A stretch of 64,000 bases of DNA from an uncultured cyanobacterium (GTDB taxonomy: Bacteria > Cyanobacteriota > Cyanobacteriia > Cyanobacteriales > CAWCAG01), in assembly GCA_963793425.1 (NCBI GenBank), contig CAWCAG010000007.1, forward strand, positions 192,001 to 256,000, written 5' to 3'. The first letter of the stretch is position 1, and the number at the start of each line of letters is the position of its first letter. The position numbers were made by a program, and so were the translations under genes. Below, one piece after another: positions 21,928 through 32,392 of this stretch. Below the pieces are notes generated by a model that worked only from the letters and a program-made list of their open reading frames with translations, was not told where the DNA came from and ran no database searches.

Positions 21928-24204
21928 ATGGAATCCATAGAATTTCCTGAAGAGATAAATGTTCGTAAATACTGGCTAGTTCTCAAAAGACGCTGGTTTC
22001 CTATTACCTTAGTCTTTTTTGCCGTAGTTACCCTAGCTTTTCTTTATGCTTCTCGCAAAGAAAATATGTACAAGGCTAGTGGCAAACTTCTATTTAAAGA
22101 AGACCGCTCTTCTTCTTTAACAGGCTTGGAAGGATTAGACAATTTAACGCAAATCGAAGGTTTGAGTAAGAAAACCGAACCCTTATCAACAGAAGCAGAA
22201 ATCGTTACATCTCGCCCCATTGCTGAAAAAGCTATTAAAGAGCTGAATCTAAGAAACGAAGAAGGTGAATTGCGTGAACCCAGCTTTATTTCCTCTGGGC
22301 TAAAGGTTGAGCCTTTGCCTGGAACAGATGTAATGGAACTTACTTACAAATCAAAAGATCCCAAACTGGCAGCCAGAATAGTTAACGCCATCATGGAAGT
22401 CTACATAGAAAGTGATATTTCTAGCAACAGGGCCCAAGCCGTCGCAGCAAGAGAATTTCTTCAAGATCAACAACCAAAAGCAGAAGCGAGGGTTAGCCAA
22501 GCAGAAGCCGAATTACGGAGATTTAAAGAAGAAAATCGTGTAGTTTCTCTCTCTGATGAAGCTAAAACTGCTGTAGAAACCATTGCTCAACTAGATAGAG
22601 ATATATCACAAGCTAGGGCTGAACTGTCAAAAGTTAGCAGCAAAGCAGCAAAACTTCAAGGACAAATAGATTTGAGTCCTTCTGAAGCTGTAACTGCCAC
22701 TTCTTTGAGCGAGTCTCCTGTGGTGAGAAATTTGCTTGAAGACTACTACATAGCCCAGAGTGAATTAGCAGAAGCTCGCAGTCTTTACAGGGCAGGACAT
22801 CCTAAGGTAGAACAGATAGAGCGTAAATCTGGAGCTTTAAAAGCAGAATTGAGAGCAAATATTCAATCAGTAGCTGGAGATGATATATCCTTAAGCGCCC
22901 TTGACTCGAATCAAAGTGGCGTACCTGTACCTTTGGAAAACCTTCAGTTAGGGCAGGTCGAACAAGGTTTAATTTCTGACTTTGTCCAAGCAGAAGTAGA
23001 AGGCGTAGGTTTGGTTAGCCAACTAGACACCTATATTGATACAAAAAATGCCTACAAAGATAGAGTTAGTAATCTACCTCGGCTAGAACAAAAGCAGGGA
23101 GAGTTGGAACGCCGTTTGGAAGTTGCTAAATCCACTTATACTAGCCTTCTTGGTAGGTTGCAAGAAGCTCAGGTGGCAGAAAATCAAAATGTAGGTAATG
23201 CTCGTGTTATCTCTCCTGCTGAACCTCCAAAAGGCCCCATTCCTTCTAAAGAAAAATTGATTCTTTTAGCTGGGGGGGTAGCTGGGTTGCTCTCTGGTAT
23301 TGCGGCAGCCTTCTTACTCGATCTTATCGATAGTTCCGTCAAAAATGTTAAAGAAGCTAAAGAGATTTTTGGCTATACCTTATTGGGGATTATTCCTCAA
23401 TATGCCAAATCCAGGAAAGCTCGTAAGTTTCTCAAAGAAGAGGAAGAAAAAATTCCTCCTATTTATGTCAAGGATAGGCCCCATTCTCCTATCAGCGCAG
23501 CTTATCAAATGCTACAGGCTAATCTCAAGTTCCTCAGTTCCGATAAGCAACTTAAAGCGATTGTGGTTACTAGTTCTATCCCTCAAGAAGGAAAATCTGA
23601 AGTCTCAGCAAATTTGGCTGTAGCGATCGCTCAAGTTGGCCGTCGCGTCTTGCTGGTAGATGCTGATATGCGAGATCCCACTCAGCATCGTATCTGGGGG
23701 CTAACTAATGCTATGGGTTTAAGCAACGTCCTCGTTGGTGAAGCTGAGCCTAAAGCAGCTATTGAAAATGTCATGCCTAATCTAGACATACTCACGGCCG
23801 GGGTTATTCCTCCCAATCCGGTAGCACTTCTTGATTCTAAGCGTATGGCTTTTTTGATTGAATCTTTTTTAGAAGACTACGACTCAATTGTTTTTGATAC
23901 TCCTCCCTTAGTTGGAGTTGCTGATGCCCCCATTCTAGGTAAGATGGCAGATGGCATTCTTATGGTTGTTAGACCCAAAGTTCTCAACGTCGCTGGTGCA
24001 AAAGCTGCTAAAGACTTTTTGATCCAATCTGGTCAAAACGTTTTAGGTTTAGTTGCGAATGGGGTAATTATCAAAAACGAGCCAGATAGCTATTTTTATT
24101 ACGCTAAAGAGCAATACGGAGCGCAAGCTTACGCCAAACAAAAGCAGGAAGAATTGGGTTTACACAGTCTTTCCCAATTGCCCCGTAACAAAAGCAAGAA
24201 ATAA
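21928..24204 (+). CDS. wzc: Polysaccharide co-polymerase / tyrosine autokinase (Wzc/GumC)
   Basis: TM-coiled coil-TM layout, Walker A TSSIPQEGKS, LLVDAD, FDTPP, Tyr cluster SYFYY. Confidence 0.92.
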   Translation: MESIEFPEEINVRKYWLVLKRRWFPITLVFFAVVTLAFLYASRKENMYKASGKLLFKEDRSSSLTGLEGLDNLTQIEGLSKKTEPLSTEAEIVTSRPIAEKAIKELNLRNEEGELREPSFISSGLKVEPLPGTDVMELTYKSKDPKLAARIVNAIMEVYIESDISSNRAQAVAAREFLQDQQPKAEARVSQAEAELRRFKEENRVVSLSDEAKTAVETIAQLDRDISQARAELSKVSSKAAKLQGQIDLSPSEAVTATSLSESPVVRNLLEDYYIAQSELAEARSLYRAGHPKVEQIERKSGALKAELRANIQSVAGDDISLSALDSNQSGVPVPLENLQLGQVEQGLISDFVQAEVEGVGLVSQLDTYIDTKNAYKDRVSNLPRLEQKQGELERRLEVAKSTYTSLLGRLQEAQVAENQNVGNARVISPAEPPKGPIPSKEKLILLAGGVAGLLSGIAAAFLLDLIDSSVKNVKEAKEIFGYTLLGIIPQYAKSRKARKFLKEEEEKIPPIYVKDRPHSPISAAYQMLQANLKFLSSDKQLKAIVVTSSIPQEGKSEVSANLAVAIAQVGRRVLLVDADMRDPTQHRIWGLTNAMGLSNVLVGEAEPKAAIENVMPNLDILTAGVIPPNPVALLDSKRMAFLIESFLEDYDSIVFDTPPLVGVADAPILGKMADGILMVVRPKVLNVAGAKAAKDFLIQSGQNVLGLVANGVIIKNEPDSYFYYAKEQYGAQAYAKQKQEELGLHSLSQLPRNKSKK

Positions 24205-24232
24205 AACTTACTTACTCGGTTGACATAAATCT

Positions 24233-25330
24233 ATGCCAAACCTAAACAGACTCTGGGAAACTCAAGGAGCAGTTGGCTTAGGGATATTATTTTATTTTGC
24301 ATCTCCCTCACCAATACTTGCTCAAATACCAACTTATCCAGCCCAAGAGGCACTACCTTCTGCAAATATTAGATCAAGTCCTTCATTGACTCCTAACGTT
24401 AATTTATCTGATTATTTTCTTGGTACAGGGGATAGGGTCGATATAAATGTTATTGGCTATGAAGAATTTACTAACTTAGAAAGGGTTGTTTTGCCAGATG
24501 GTACGATTACTTTACCTTTACTAGGTAGCGTTAGAGCAGCCGGTAAAACAGCAGAGGGGTTACAAGCAGAATTAAGTGTTCGGCTCAATGAATATCTTGT
24601 TGAGCCTTTTGTCACAGTTAGCATTAGCATTTTGCGACCTGTTGTCGTGAATGTAGCCGGAGAAGTACAACGTCCCGGCCCCGTTCAACTCAACAGCATC
24701 ACCACTAATATTGGTAGGCTTGATTTGAGTGAGCGCGATCGCAGATTGCCTACGGTTAGCGCTGCGTTGATTGCTGCCGGGGGAGTAACCAGAAAAGCAG
24801 ACTTGCGCCAAGTTGTTTTGAGGCGCTTTACAGGAAGAAATAATGCGGTTGTCACAGATATAAATCTTTGGGATGCACTAATTTCTGAAACCCCTCCTGA
24901 AGATTTGATCCTCCAAGACGGAGACTCTATTTTTGTACCCCGTCTTGGAGTTGACTCTGATATCAACCCTAAATTACTATCTCGCTCTAGTCTCGCTCCG
25001 GATACTGTTAATGTTCGAGTTGTAGGAGAGGTAAGAGCGCCAGGACAAGTAAGAGTTAGTCCTGATAGCAGCCTTTCTAGCGCTGTAGCGGCTGCTGGTG
25101 GTCCAACAGATGATGCTGAGTTAAATTCAGTAACTTTTGTCCGCATTAACGAAGAAGGCTTTATTGAAAACCAAGATGTTGATTTAAGTAGTCTGACAGA
25201 TAACTTACAAGTACAAGAAGGAGATGTAATCTTTGTACCAAAAACCAACCTAACGACAGGGTTAGATGCGGCTGAGCGATTGGGGGGACCAATACGCACT
25301 TTGATAAATATTTTGGATTTTATTTTTTGA
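24233..25330 (+). CDS. wza: Polysaccharide export protein (Wza, SLBB domains)
   Basis: YFLGTGD, VLPDGTITLPLLG and two GEVxxPG SLBB repeats. Confidence 0.92.
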   Translation: MPNLNRLWETQGAVGLGILFYFASPSPILAQIPTYPAQEALPSANIRSSPSLTPNVNLSDYFLGTGDRVDINVIGYEEFTNLERVVLPDGTITLPLLGSVRAAGKTAEGLQAELSVRLNEYLVEPFVTVSISILRPVVVNVAGEVQRPGPVQLNSITTNIGRLDLSERDRRLPTVSAALIAAGGVTRKADLRQVVLRRFTGRNNAVVTDINLWDALISETPPEDLILQDGDSIFVPRLGVDSDINPKLLSRSSLAPDTVNVRVVGEVRAPGQVRVSPDSSLSSAVAAAGGPTDDAELNSVTFVRINEEGFIENQDVDLSSLTDNLQVQEGDVIFVPKTNLTTGLDAAERLGGPIRTLINILDFIF

Positions 25331-25335
25331 ACTAG

Positions 25336-27129
25336 ATGATTAACTATCTTTCTAAGGTTCTATATGTATTGACAGGCCGGAGAATTCAGCTTCTTTTTTT
25401 GCTGTTGATTTTTGGTCTGACATCAATTTTAGAAGCAGTTGGCATTGGGTTAATAGGGCCTTTCCTTAGTCTCGCTTCTCAGCCAGAATCTGTGCAAAAG
25501 ATACCTATGCTTAACTGGCTTTATCAACAACTTGACTTAGAATCAACTAGAGACTTCATACCTATTCTTGGCTTAACAATCATCATCGTATTTTGTCTTA
25601 AATCAGGATTTTACTTTTTAGCTCGTTCCTATATTTTTAAGTTTAGCTTTACACAAAAAAGTATTCTTATTTCTCGGTTGCTAAGTGCTTATATAAAAGT
25701 GCCTTACACTTTTTACTTAAGCAGAAATACTGCTAGCATCATGAAAAATATTATTACTGAAACCACTAAGTTCACTTTGCAATGCCTTTTGCCAATACTG
25801 ACAGGAATTGCTAATTTAGTAGTTATTGTTTTTCTTTTGATAGTACTTGCTTATACAGATTTATCATTACTTGTAATGATACTAGGTATAATTTTACCTA
25901 CGTTCTTCCTCTTTCAAAGATTAGGCAAACAGTTCAAAAAGTGGGGAGATACTAAATCTATTTCTCAACAAGAGATGATTAAGGTGATTAATCATGGTTT
26001 AGGGGGGATCAAGGAAATGCGAGTGATTGGTTGTGAGCGCTACTTTGAAAACCAAATGAAAGAGCAAGCTGAAAATTATTCTCAAGCCGCTACTTTATTT
26101 CAAAGCGCTCAACTATTACCACGCATTTTAATTGAAACCACCTTAGTTGTTTTTTTGATTGCTTTTCTTTCCCTTTCCTTTGTTTTTTCTCAATCTAACT
26201 TTGAAAATATAACTGCGATTATGGGGGTTTTTGCTGTTGCTGTAGTGCGTTTAATTCCTGCTTCGAGTCAGTTTATCCAAGCTTTAGGACAAATACGTAA
26301 TTCAACTTATGCTCTTGATATGCTCTATTTGGATTTGAAAGAAATAGAAAAGCAAACTTTGACTGGTAGTTCTCTATTTACTAAGAGTAGCTTATCTCAG
26401 GTTATTGACCCTATTAATCAAGTTATGGATTTCAATGAGCAAATTGATTTGACTAATGTTAGTTATCGCTATCCTAACGTTGATGAAGAGGCTATCAAAG
26501 ATATTTCCTTGACTATTAAAAAGGGCCAATCTATCGCTCTAATTGGTAAGTCAGGAGCTGGCAAAACAACTCTTGTGGATGTTATTTTAGGTCTTTTAGA
26601 ACCTCAAAATGGGGATATTCGTGTAGATGGTATTTCTGTATATAAGGATGTACGTTCTTGGCAGAATTTAATTGGTTATATCCCCCAATCCATATTTCTT
26701 ACTGATGACACAGTAGAAAGGAATATTGCTTTTGGAGTTCCTGATGAATTAATTGATTCCCAAAGAATAGATCAAGCTATTGAAGCAGCTCAGTTAGTTG
26801 AATTAATTGAACAGCTACCTCAAGGCATAAAGACAAAAGTTGGCGAAAGAGGAGTTCGTTTATCAGGGGGGCAGCGGCAACGTATAGGTATTGCCAGAGC
26901 GCTTTATCATCAGAGAGAAATTTTAGTTCTTGATGAAGCAACTTCGGCTTTAGATAATGAAACAGAGCGTCTTGTTAGTGAAGCTATTAACTCTCTTGCT
27001 GGTACAAAAACAATGATTATTATTGCCCACCGCCTCTCTACAGTAGAAAACTGCGATTTTGTTTATATGTTAGAAGAAGGTCATGTTACTAAATCAGGTA
27101 GCTATGAGGAGGTTGTTCTACAAAAATGA
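25336..27129 (+). CDS. ABC exporter, fused TMD-NBD (HepA/PglK-like)
   Basis: TM domain, GKSGAGKT, LSGGQRQRIGIARA, LDEATSALD. Confidence 0.9.
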   Translation: MINYLSKVLYVLTGRRIQLLFLLLIFGLTSILEAVGIGLIGPFLSLASQPESVQKIPMLNWLYQQLDLESTRDFIPILGLTIIIVFCLKSGFYFLARSYIFKFSFTQKSILISRLLSAYIKVPYTFYLSRNTASIMKNIITETTKFTLQCLLPILTGIANLVVIVFLLIVLAYTDLSLLVMILGIILPTFFLFQRLGKQFKKWGDTKSISQQEMIKVINHGLGGIKEMRVIGCERYFENQMKEQAENYSQAATLFQSAQLLPRILIETTLVVFLIAFLSLSFVFSQSNFENITAIMGVFAVAVVRLIPASSQFIQALGQIRNSTYALDMLYLDLKEIEKQTLTGSSLFTKSSLSQVIDPINQVMDFNEQIDLTNVSYRYPNVDEEAIKDISLTIKKGQSIALIGKSGAGKTTLVDVILGLLEPQNGDIRVDGISVYKDVRSWQNLIGYIPQSIFLTDDTVERNIAFGVPDELIDSQRIDQAIEAAQLVELIEQLPQGIKTKVGERGVRLSGGQRQRIGIARALYHQREILVLDEATSALDNETERLVSEAINSLAGTKTMIIIAHRLSTVENCDFVYMLEEGHVTKSGSYEEVVLQK

Positions 27130-27155
27130 GTAAGTTGTTCTACAAAAATGAGTAA
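27112..27155. repeat. Perfect 22-bp tandem duplication over the stop codon
   Basis: GTTGTTCTACAAAAATGAGTAA x2. Confidence 0.95.
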
Positions 27156-27214
27156 TAGGTAATTAACGTAACATCTAAACAATCAAACTTTGTCACTATA
27201 TTAGGGTAATCACC

Positions 27215-28303
27215 ATGACTGCAACTCAGAATAATATTATCAATCAGCAATCAGAAAAAGCACTTCCCAGTTTTTCCATTGTTTATGAAACAGAAAACCT
27301 TTCTAGTGTGGAATTAGATAATATTTATCGTAGTTTAGCTTCTATTTCTCAGCAAGAAGTTTCTCCTGGACAGGCTGAAGAATTTTTAATTATTGATGCG
27401 GGCAATGCACCACCGAATGTAATTGAAGAACTTTGTGCTAAATATCCTTGGATTACAGTGGAGAAAGCTGATGAGATTGGCTATTATGAAGCGAAAATGC
27501 TGGGGGCAAAAATTGTCACTGGAGAGATAGTTGTTTTTTGTGATTCAGATTGTGAATATACCCCCAATTGGTTGAAAGATATATTAAGTACTTTTCTCAA
27601 AGGACCAGAAATTAAAGTTGTCGCAGGAGAGACAAGTACTGCCGTTAGAAACATTTACGAATTAGCAATTGCTAGTAATTATTTCTTTCCTCGTTTTTCT
27701 AAGAAACAAGAGCCTTACCCTTCCAGTAACTATTTTCTCAATGCCGTAGCTTTCCGGCGGGATTTCCTCTTAGAAAACCCCATCCCTACTAACCTTCCTC
27801 TTTATCGAGGTAATTGTCAGTTACACTGTTATTATTTATGCAAACTTAAAGGCTATGATATTTGGAAGCATCCTTTAGCTCGCGCTAAACATGAACCACC
27901 CACTTCATCTTTTATATTTTGGCGTTCTTTGCTAGCAGGAAGAGACAGAATTTATCGCAAATACATTAAGTCGGTGTGGCAAAGTAATCCTAATCTTAAG
28001 GATTTTTCACAGATTGATCTTAACAAAGAGCTTACTAAAAATCAAAGTTTTCAGGAGATTTTCTCGACAATTTTTCGCTCTCCTTTTAAGTTAAGAATGA
28101 TTCTCTCCGTTGTTAGAGAAAATCCTAGCCGTATCTTACTTTTGCCTTTAGCTTTACCTTTCATTCTTTGGTTTGAACTGTTACGCAGTACAGGAACAAT
28201 TATTAGCTACTTTAACCCCAACTGGTTAATGGAGGCTTATAAACGTAAAGAAGAAAAAGAGGAGCAATCTCAAGAGGCTGTTTCTGTATCTGCTGCTAAA
28301 TAG
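27215..28303 (+). CDS. Glycosyltransferase family 2
   Basis: FSIV, IIDAG and VVFCDSDC (DxD) motifs. Confidence 0.8.
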   Translation: MTATQNNIINQQSEKALPSFSIVYETENLSSVELDNIYRSLASISQQEVSPGQAEEFLIIDAGNAPPNVIEELCAKYPWITVEKADEIGYYEAKMLGAKIVTGEIVVFCDSDCEYTPNWLKDILSTFLKGPEIKVVAGETSTAVRNIYELAIASNYFFPRFSKKQEPYPSSNYFLNAVAFRRDFLLENPIPTNLPLYRGNCQLHCYYLCKLKGYDIWKHPLARAKHEPPTSSFIFWRSLLAGRDRIYRKYIKSVWQSNPNLKDFSQIDLNKELTKNQSFQEIFSTIFRSPFKLRMILSVVRENPSRILLLPLALPFILWFELLRSTGTIISYFNPNWLMEAYKRKEEKEEQSQEAVSVSAAK

Positions 28304-28321
28304 TTAGAGATATTTAGATTA

Positions 28322-28352
28322 TGAGCTTGTAAAATATCAATCTACAAGCTCA
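28322..28352. other. Intra-operon hairpin with 10-bp perfect stem
   Basis: TGAGCTTGTA-11 nt-TACAAGCTCA with no U-tract; possible mRNA stability element. Confidence 0.55.
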
Positions 28353-28386
28353 GCACTAATATTAACAGGGTTTGAGGACTTAGGGA

Positions 28387-29250
28387 GTGGACGATTGTCA
28401 GCATTTTATTTTAACAAGATTCAATGTTAAAGTAACCAAGAAAGATAGACCTCACCATATCCATTTAGATCAAAAATGGCTAGCAAAAAGGTTTAATGTT
28501 TTTGAGAAGTTTTGTTATCCATCAGTTAAAGGACAATCGCAGCAAAACTTTCTTTGGTTAGTCTGTTTTGATGTAGATACGCCAGAGATTTTCAAGTCTA
28601 AAATTCAAAAATATGCTCAATGGAAGAAGTTTGTTCCTATCTTCGTTAAATCTGTGTTTAATGATAATGAACCCGCTCCAAAAGAAGTCAAACAAGCTAT
28701 TGTTAGTAATCTAGTAGCACCAACTGAATATGTCTTGACAACAAGGTTAGATACTGACGATGCTATAGCTAAAGATTTTGTGCAAAGATTGCAAGATAAT
28801 TTTCAACAGCAAGATTTGCTATCTTTGAATTTTGCTTATGGTTATGTAATTTACCAAGGTCAAGTTTATCTAAGAAGATATGCAGAAGGTAATCCTTTCA
28901 TCAGCTTAGTTGAAAAAACAGCAAATTTGCAAGGAGCATTTCGCCTAACTCATCATAAGCTCCATACCCTTAATCAAATGAGTTGCATTAAAGGCCAGCC
29001 AGCGTGGTTACAAGTTCTTCATGATAATAATATAGTTCAAACTAGACCCCACCAACTTAAATATATTATGAACACAAGTATGCGTGTTACGTCGCAAAAT
29101 TTGCTTGATAATTTTACGATAGATTTTGATGGTTTAATTGACAAAAACAGTTCTACGGTTGATAGTATTCAAAGCACTTTGGCTAATCTTAAATCTCTTA
29201 ACTCAATCAGTAAAGTCAAGAATCTAGCAAGAATACTTCTTAAGCGTTAA
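28387..29250 (+). CDS. Putative rhamnosyltransferase-like glycosyltransferase
   Basis: HFILTRFN, FCYPSV and TTRLDTDDA motifs. Confidence 0.75.
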   Translation: MDDCQHFILTRFNVKVTKKDRPHHIHLDQKWLAKRFNVFEKFCYPSVKGQSQQNFLWLVCFDVDTPEIFKSKIQKYAQWKKFVPIFVKSVFNDNEPAPKEVKQAIVSNLVAPTEYVLTTRLDTDDAIAKDFVQRLQDNFQQQDLLSLNFAYGYVIYQGQVYLRRYAEGNPFISLVEKTANLQGAFRLTHHKLHTLNQMSCIKGQPAWLQVLHDNNIVQTRPHQLKYIMNTSMRVTSQNLLDNFTIDFDGLIDKNSSTVDSIQSTLANLKSLNSISKVKNLARILLKR

Positions 29251-29251
29251 T

Positions 29252-30184
29252 ATGAGTTGTGATTATCAATTGACAACACCCGTAGTATTTATTATTTTCA
29301 ATCGTAGTGATACCACTAAAAAAGTCTTTGAAGTTCTTCGTCAAGTCAAACCTCCTAAACTTTTTGTTATAGCTGACGGAGCAAGAAACAACAGAGCAGG
29401 AGAAGCAGAAAAATGTGCTGCAACCCGTGCAGTTATTGAAGGAATAGACTGGGACTGTCAAGTTTTAAAAAATTATTCTGAGGTTAATTTAGGTTGTAAA
29501 AAAAGAGTTGCAACTGGCTTAGAATGGGTTTTTAATCATGTAGAAGAAGCGATTATCTTAGAAGATGATTGTTTGCCAAATCCGAGCTTTTTCCGATTCT
29601 GTCAAGAATGTCTTGAGCAATATCGAAATGATAAGCGTATGATGATGATTTGTGGCACTAATATCTTAGAAAAATGGCAAACAGAAATACAAAGTTATTA
29701 TTTTTCTTATTATAGTAATTGTTGGGGCTGGGCTACTTGGAAAAGAGCTTGGGATTACTATGATGCAGATATGAAACTTTGGCAGGAATCTCAAGTTAGA
29801 GATAGAGTCAAGGATGTGCTTTGTAATAATCAACAGTACTCAACTTTAGAGATAACTTTTGCCAAAGTTTATTCTAATCAAATCAGTACATCCTGGGCTA
29901 TTCCTTGGTTTTTTACCCGCCTTTCTCAATCTGGTTTAGCTATTACTCCTTCAGTAAACTTAATTTCTAATATTGGCTTTACTCCCGAAGGTACTAATAC
30001 TAAAACTAGTAGTGATTCCAGGGCTAATTTGCCTCTAGAATCGCTAACTTTTCCTTTAAAAGAGCCGTTATGTGTGGCAGTAGATAGAGAACATGATCGT
30101 ATACGCTATCAAAAAACCTGGGGTAGGAAAACTAATATTTTCAGAAAAATATTGAGAAAAATTAAGCACATAGTTATTAAGTGA
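29252..30184 (+). CDS. GT-A fold glycosyltransferase (HlpA-like)
   Basis: FIIFNR, VIADG, IILEDDC, WGWATWKRAW, NLISNIGF. Confidence 0.82.
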   Translation: MSCDYQLTTPVVFIIFNRSDTTKKVFEVLRQVKPPKLFVIADGARNNRAGEAEKCAATRAVIEGIDWDCQVLKNYSEVNLGCKKRVATGLEWVFNHVEEAIILEDDCLPNPSFFRFCQECLEQYRNDKRMMMICGTNILEKWQTEIQSYYFSYYSNCWGWATWKRAWDYYDADMKLWQESQVRDRVKDVLCNNQQYSTLEITFAKVYSNQISTSWAIPWFFTRLSQSGLAITPSVNLISNIGFTPEGTNTKTSSDSRANLPLESLTFPLKEPLCVAVDREHDRIRYQKTWGRKTNIFRKILRKIKHIVIK

Positions 30185-30197
30185 AAACAGGGGCGTA

Positions 30198-31043
30198 ATG
30201 GTGAATAAAACTAGAATTTTGTTTTGGGGAATTCAAAGAAGCGGTAATCATGCTGTTATCAATTGGTTAAGAGAACAGTATGAAGAGCCAAAAATGTTTT
30301 TGAATCATCAAGAATTTGGTGAAGAATTAAAAGCTAGTCCAGAACATTCTTTATCAAGTTTAGGTAATGAACATTCTCAAGCCCCTAAAGTTTATTATGC
30401 TCAAAAAGATGATCCTGATTGGCAAGAAGTTTGGAGAAATCCTCCGAGTGGTAGTAATGAGTTGCTTTTAGTTTCTTTTGAGAATCATAAGCTTAATTCT
30501 TTATCTCCTCAAAAGTATCAACAAGGCTCTCAACTAATTGACAAAAGTATAGTTGGCAAGAGTGAAAAGACAATTAATATCATTATTTTAAGAGATCCTT
30601 TTAATATGTGGGTCGGTAATATGCCAGGGAAAAAGCTTCATGATCCTCAACTTTGGAAAATCTATGCTCAGGAGTTTGTGGGGGAAACTAATTTTTTACC
30701 GAACAAAGTTTGCATTAATTACAACAAGTGGTTTAGTAGTCAAGATTATAGAAAGGAAATTACTGATAAATTAGGAGTTGGTTTTTCCGATCAAGGTTTA
30801 AATACAGTTAGTAATAGAGGAGGCGGTAGTAATTTTGACGGGACTAAGTTTGATGGGCAAGCACAAAAAATGAATGTGTTGGGGCGATGGGAGGAATCTA
30901 ATAACTTCCTCAAAAAAAGAAGATTGCTTAGAGCCTTAAGTAGAGATCGAGAAATGGATCGCTTAGTTGAAAAGATTTATCCGGAATTATATTACCAATG
31001 GAAGAAGCCAACTTGGGAAAATTTTTGGTATTACTGGGTTTAG
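30198..31043 (+). CDS. Divergent sulfotransferase-fold protein
   Basis: GIQRSGNHA resembles a 5'-PSB loop and IILRDPFN resembles the 3'-PB motif. Confidence 0.55.
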   Translation: MVNKTRILFWGIQRSGNHAVINWLREQYEEPKMFLNHQEFGEELKASPEHSLSSLGNEHSQAPKVYYAQKDDPDWQEVWRNPPSGSNELLLVSFENHKLNSLSPQKYQQGSQLIDKSIVGKSEKTINIIILRDPFNMWVGNMPGKKLHDPQLWKIYAQEFVGETNFLPNKVCINYNKWFSSQDYRKEITDKLGVGFSDQGLNTVSNRGGGSNFDGTKFDGQAQKMNVLGRWEESNNFLKKRRLLRALSRDREMDRLVEKIYPELYYQWKKPTWENFWYYWV

Positions 31044-31105
31044 TTAAGCAGGATTATAAATAAAGTTGTTTTTCTAGAGCATTTCTATTTTGGTAGTCAA
31101 CAACA

Positions 31106-32374
31106 ATGACTTTGAAAAAAAGACAGAGCATTTTTGGCAAAGATAGTACAGTGAAGGGGAAACAGAGAATTTATAATTCATTAGTCGATACTGTAGGGTT
31201 AGAGAAATTTAGTTTGCTTCCTAAATATATCAAGAGAAAGCTTAAAAAATTCTTAGTTAGTTTAGCTAGGGAAAATAGCTTTTTTCATTTATTCGGATTA
31301 GTTGCTTGTAAAAGCTATATCCAAATAAATCCTAGTAATGTTGCTAAAAACCTCCCTGAAAGTGATTTGATTACGGTTAAGACAATTCTTGAACAGAACG
31401 ATAAACCTACAAAAGCAGCAATTTATCTTCAAGAACAAAAAATAGCAGCAATTCAACCCATTACCCCCCAAACAGAAACAGTTATCTTAGAAATCAAAAA
31501 CTGTAATTTTTCTTTGCGTAACAACCATTTATTAGATGGGAAAATGAATGTTCTAGATGAGGCGGGGATGCAATTTGAGAGAATGCCTGTACGAGAAAAG
31601 TTCCTCTCTAAACCTCAGAAAATATCTGGGACTGTAGCTTATTTAACTAATGTTGATCCTTTAAATTATTATCATTGGTTGTGTCGTACTCTGCCTCTAT
31701 TGAGATTATATAAAAAGTTTTTCGATTTTTCGCAAATTGAGTTTTTTTATATTGGAGAATTTCCTTTAGCTAATTTCCATCGAGAAAGTTTAATCAGAGC
31801 AGGTATTAGAGAAAACCAAATTTTGCAAAAAGCTTGTACAGCAGAGAAAATTGTAGCCGCTATTAGTAGTAGAGCTAAATATTTTGGTTCAGCCCCTATT
31901 AACCAAGAAAATTATCTTTTTAGTCGCAGTTTGTTTAAAGAAGAAATAAAACTAGGGAAACAACAGACTCCAAAACGCATCTATGTCCAAAGAGGGAAGG
32001 TGAAACGAAGAAAAGTTGTTAACGAAAAAAAAGTAATTAGTTTACTAGCAAGCTATGGTTTTCAGCCAGTAACTATGGAGAGCAAAACCATCAAGGAACA
32101 AGCTGAAATTTTTGCCCAAGCAGAAGCTATTATTGCTCCCCATGGTGCTGCTTTAACTAATTTACTCTTTATACAACCGGGAACTAAAGTAATTGAATTA
32201 CTTCCCTATGGCTATACTAATAATTGTTATTATGTGATGACTGATTATGGAGGAGGGCAATACTTTTACTTACAGGGAAAATCTATTAATCAAGATAGCC
32301 AGCAAATGCACAACCTTGATATTTCCCTAGATATTGCTCAACTCAAGCAGATTTGCCAATTAGCATTTTCTTAA
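31106..32374 (+). CDS. Glycosyltransferase family 61 (DUF563)
   Basis: NYYHW, RIYVQR, RKVVNE, IIAPHGAALTNLLF. Confidence 0.87.
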   Translation: MTLKKRQSIFGKDSTVKGKQRIYNSLVDTVGLEKFSLLPKYIKRKLKKFLVSLARENSFFHLFGLVACKSYIQINPSNVAKNLPESDLITVKTILEQNDKPTKAAIYLQEQKIAAIQPITPQTETVILEIKNCNFSLRNNHLLDGKMNVLDEAGMQFERMPVREKFLSKPQKISGTVAYLTNVDPLNYYHWLCRTLPLLRLYKKFFDFSQIEFFYIGEFPLANFHRESLIRAGIRENQILQKACTAEKIVAAISSRAKYFGSAPINQENYLFSRSLFKEEIKLGKQQTPKRIYVQRGKVKRRKVVNEKKVISLLASYGFQPVTMESKTIKEQAEIFAQAEAIIAPHGAALTNLLFIQPGTKVIELLPYGYTNNCYYVMTDYGGGQYFYLQGKSINQDSQQMHNLDISLDIAQLKQICQLAFS

Positions 32375-32392
32375 AATCGAAAAGCATCTCCC

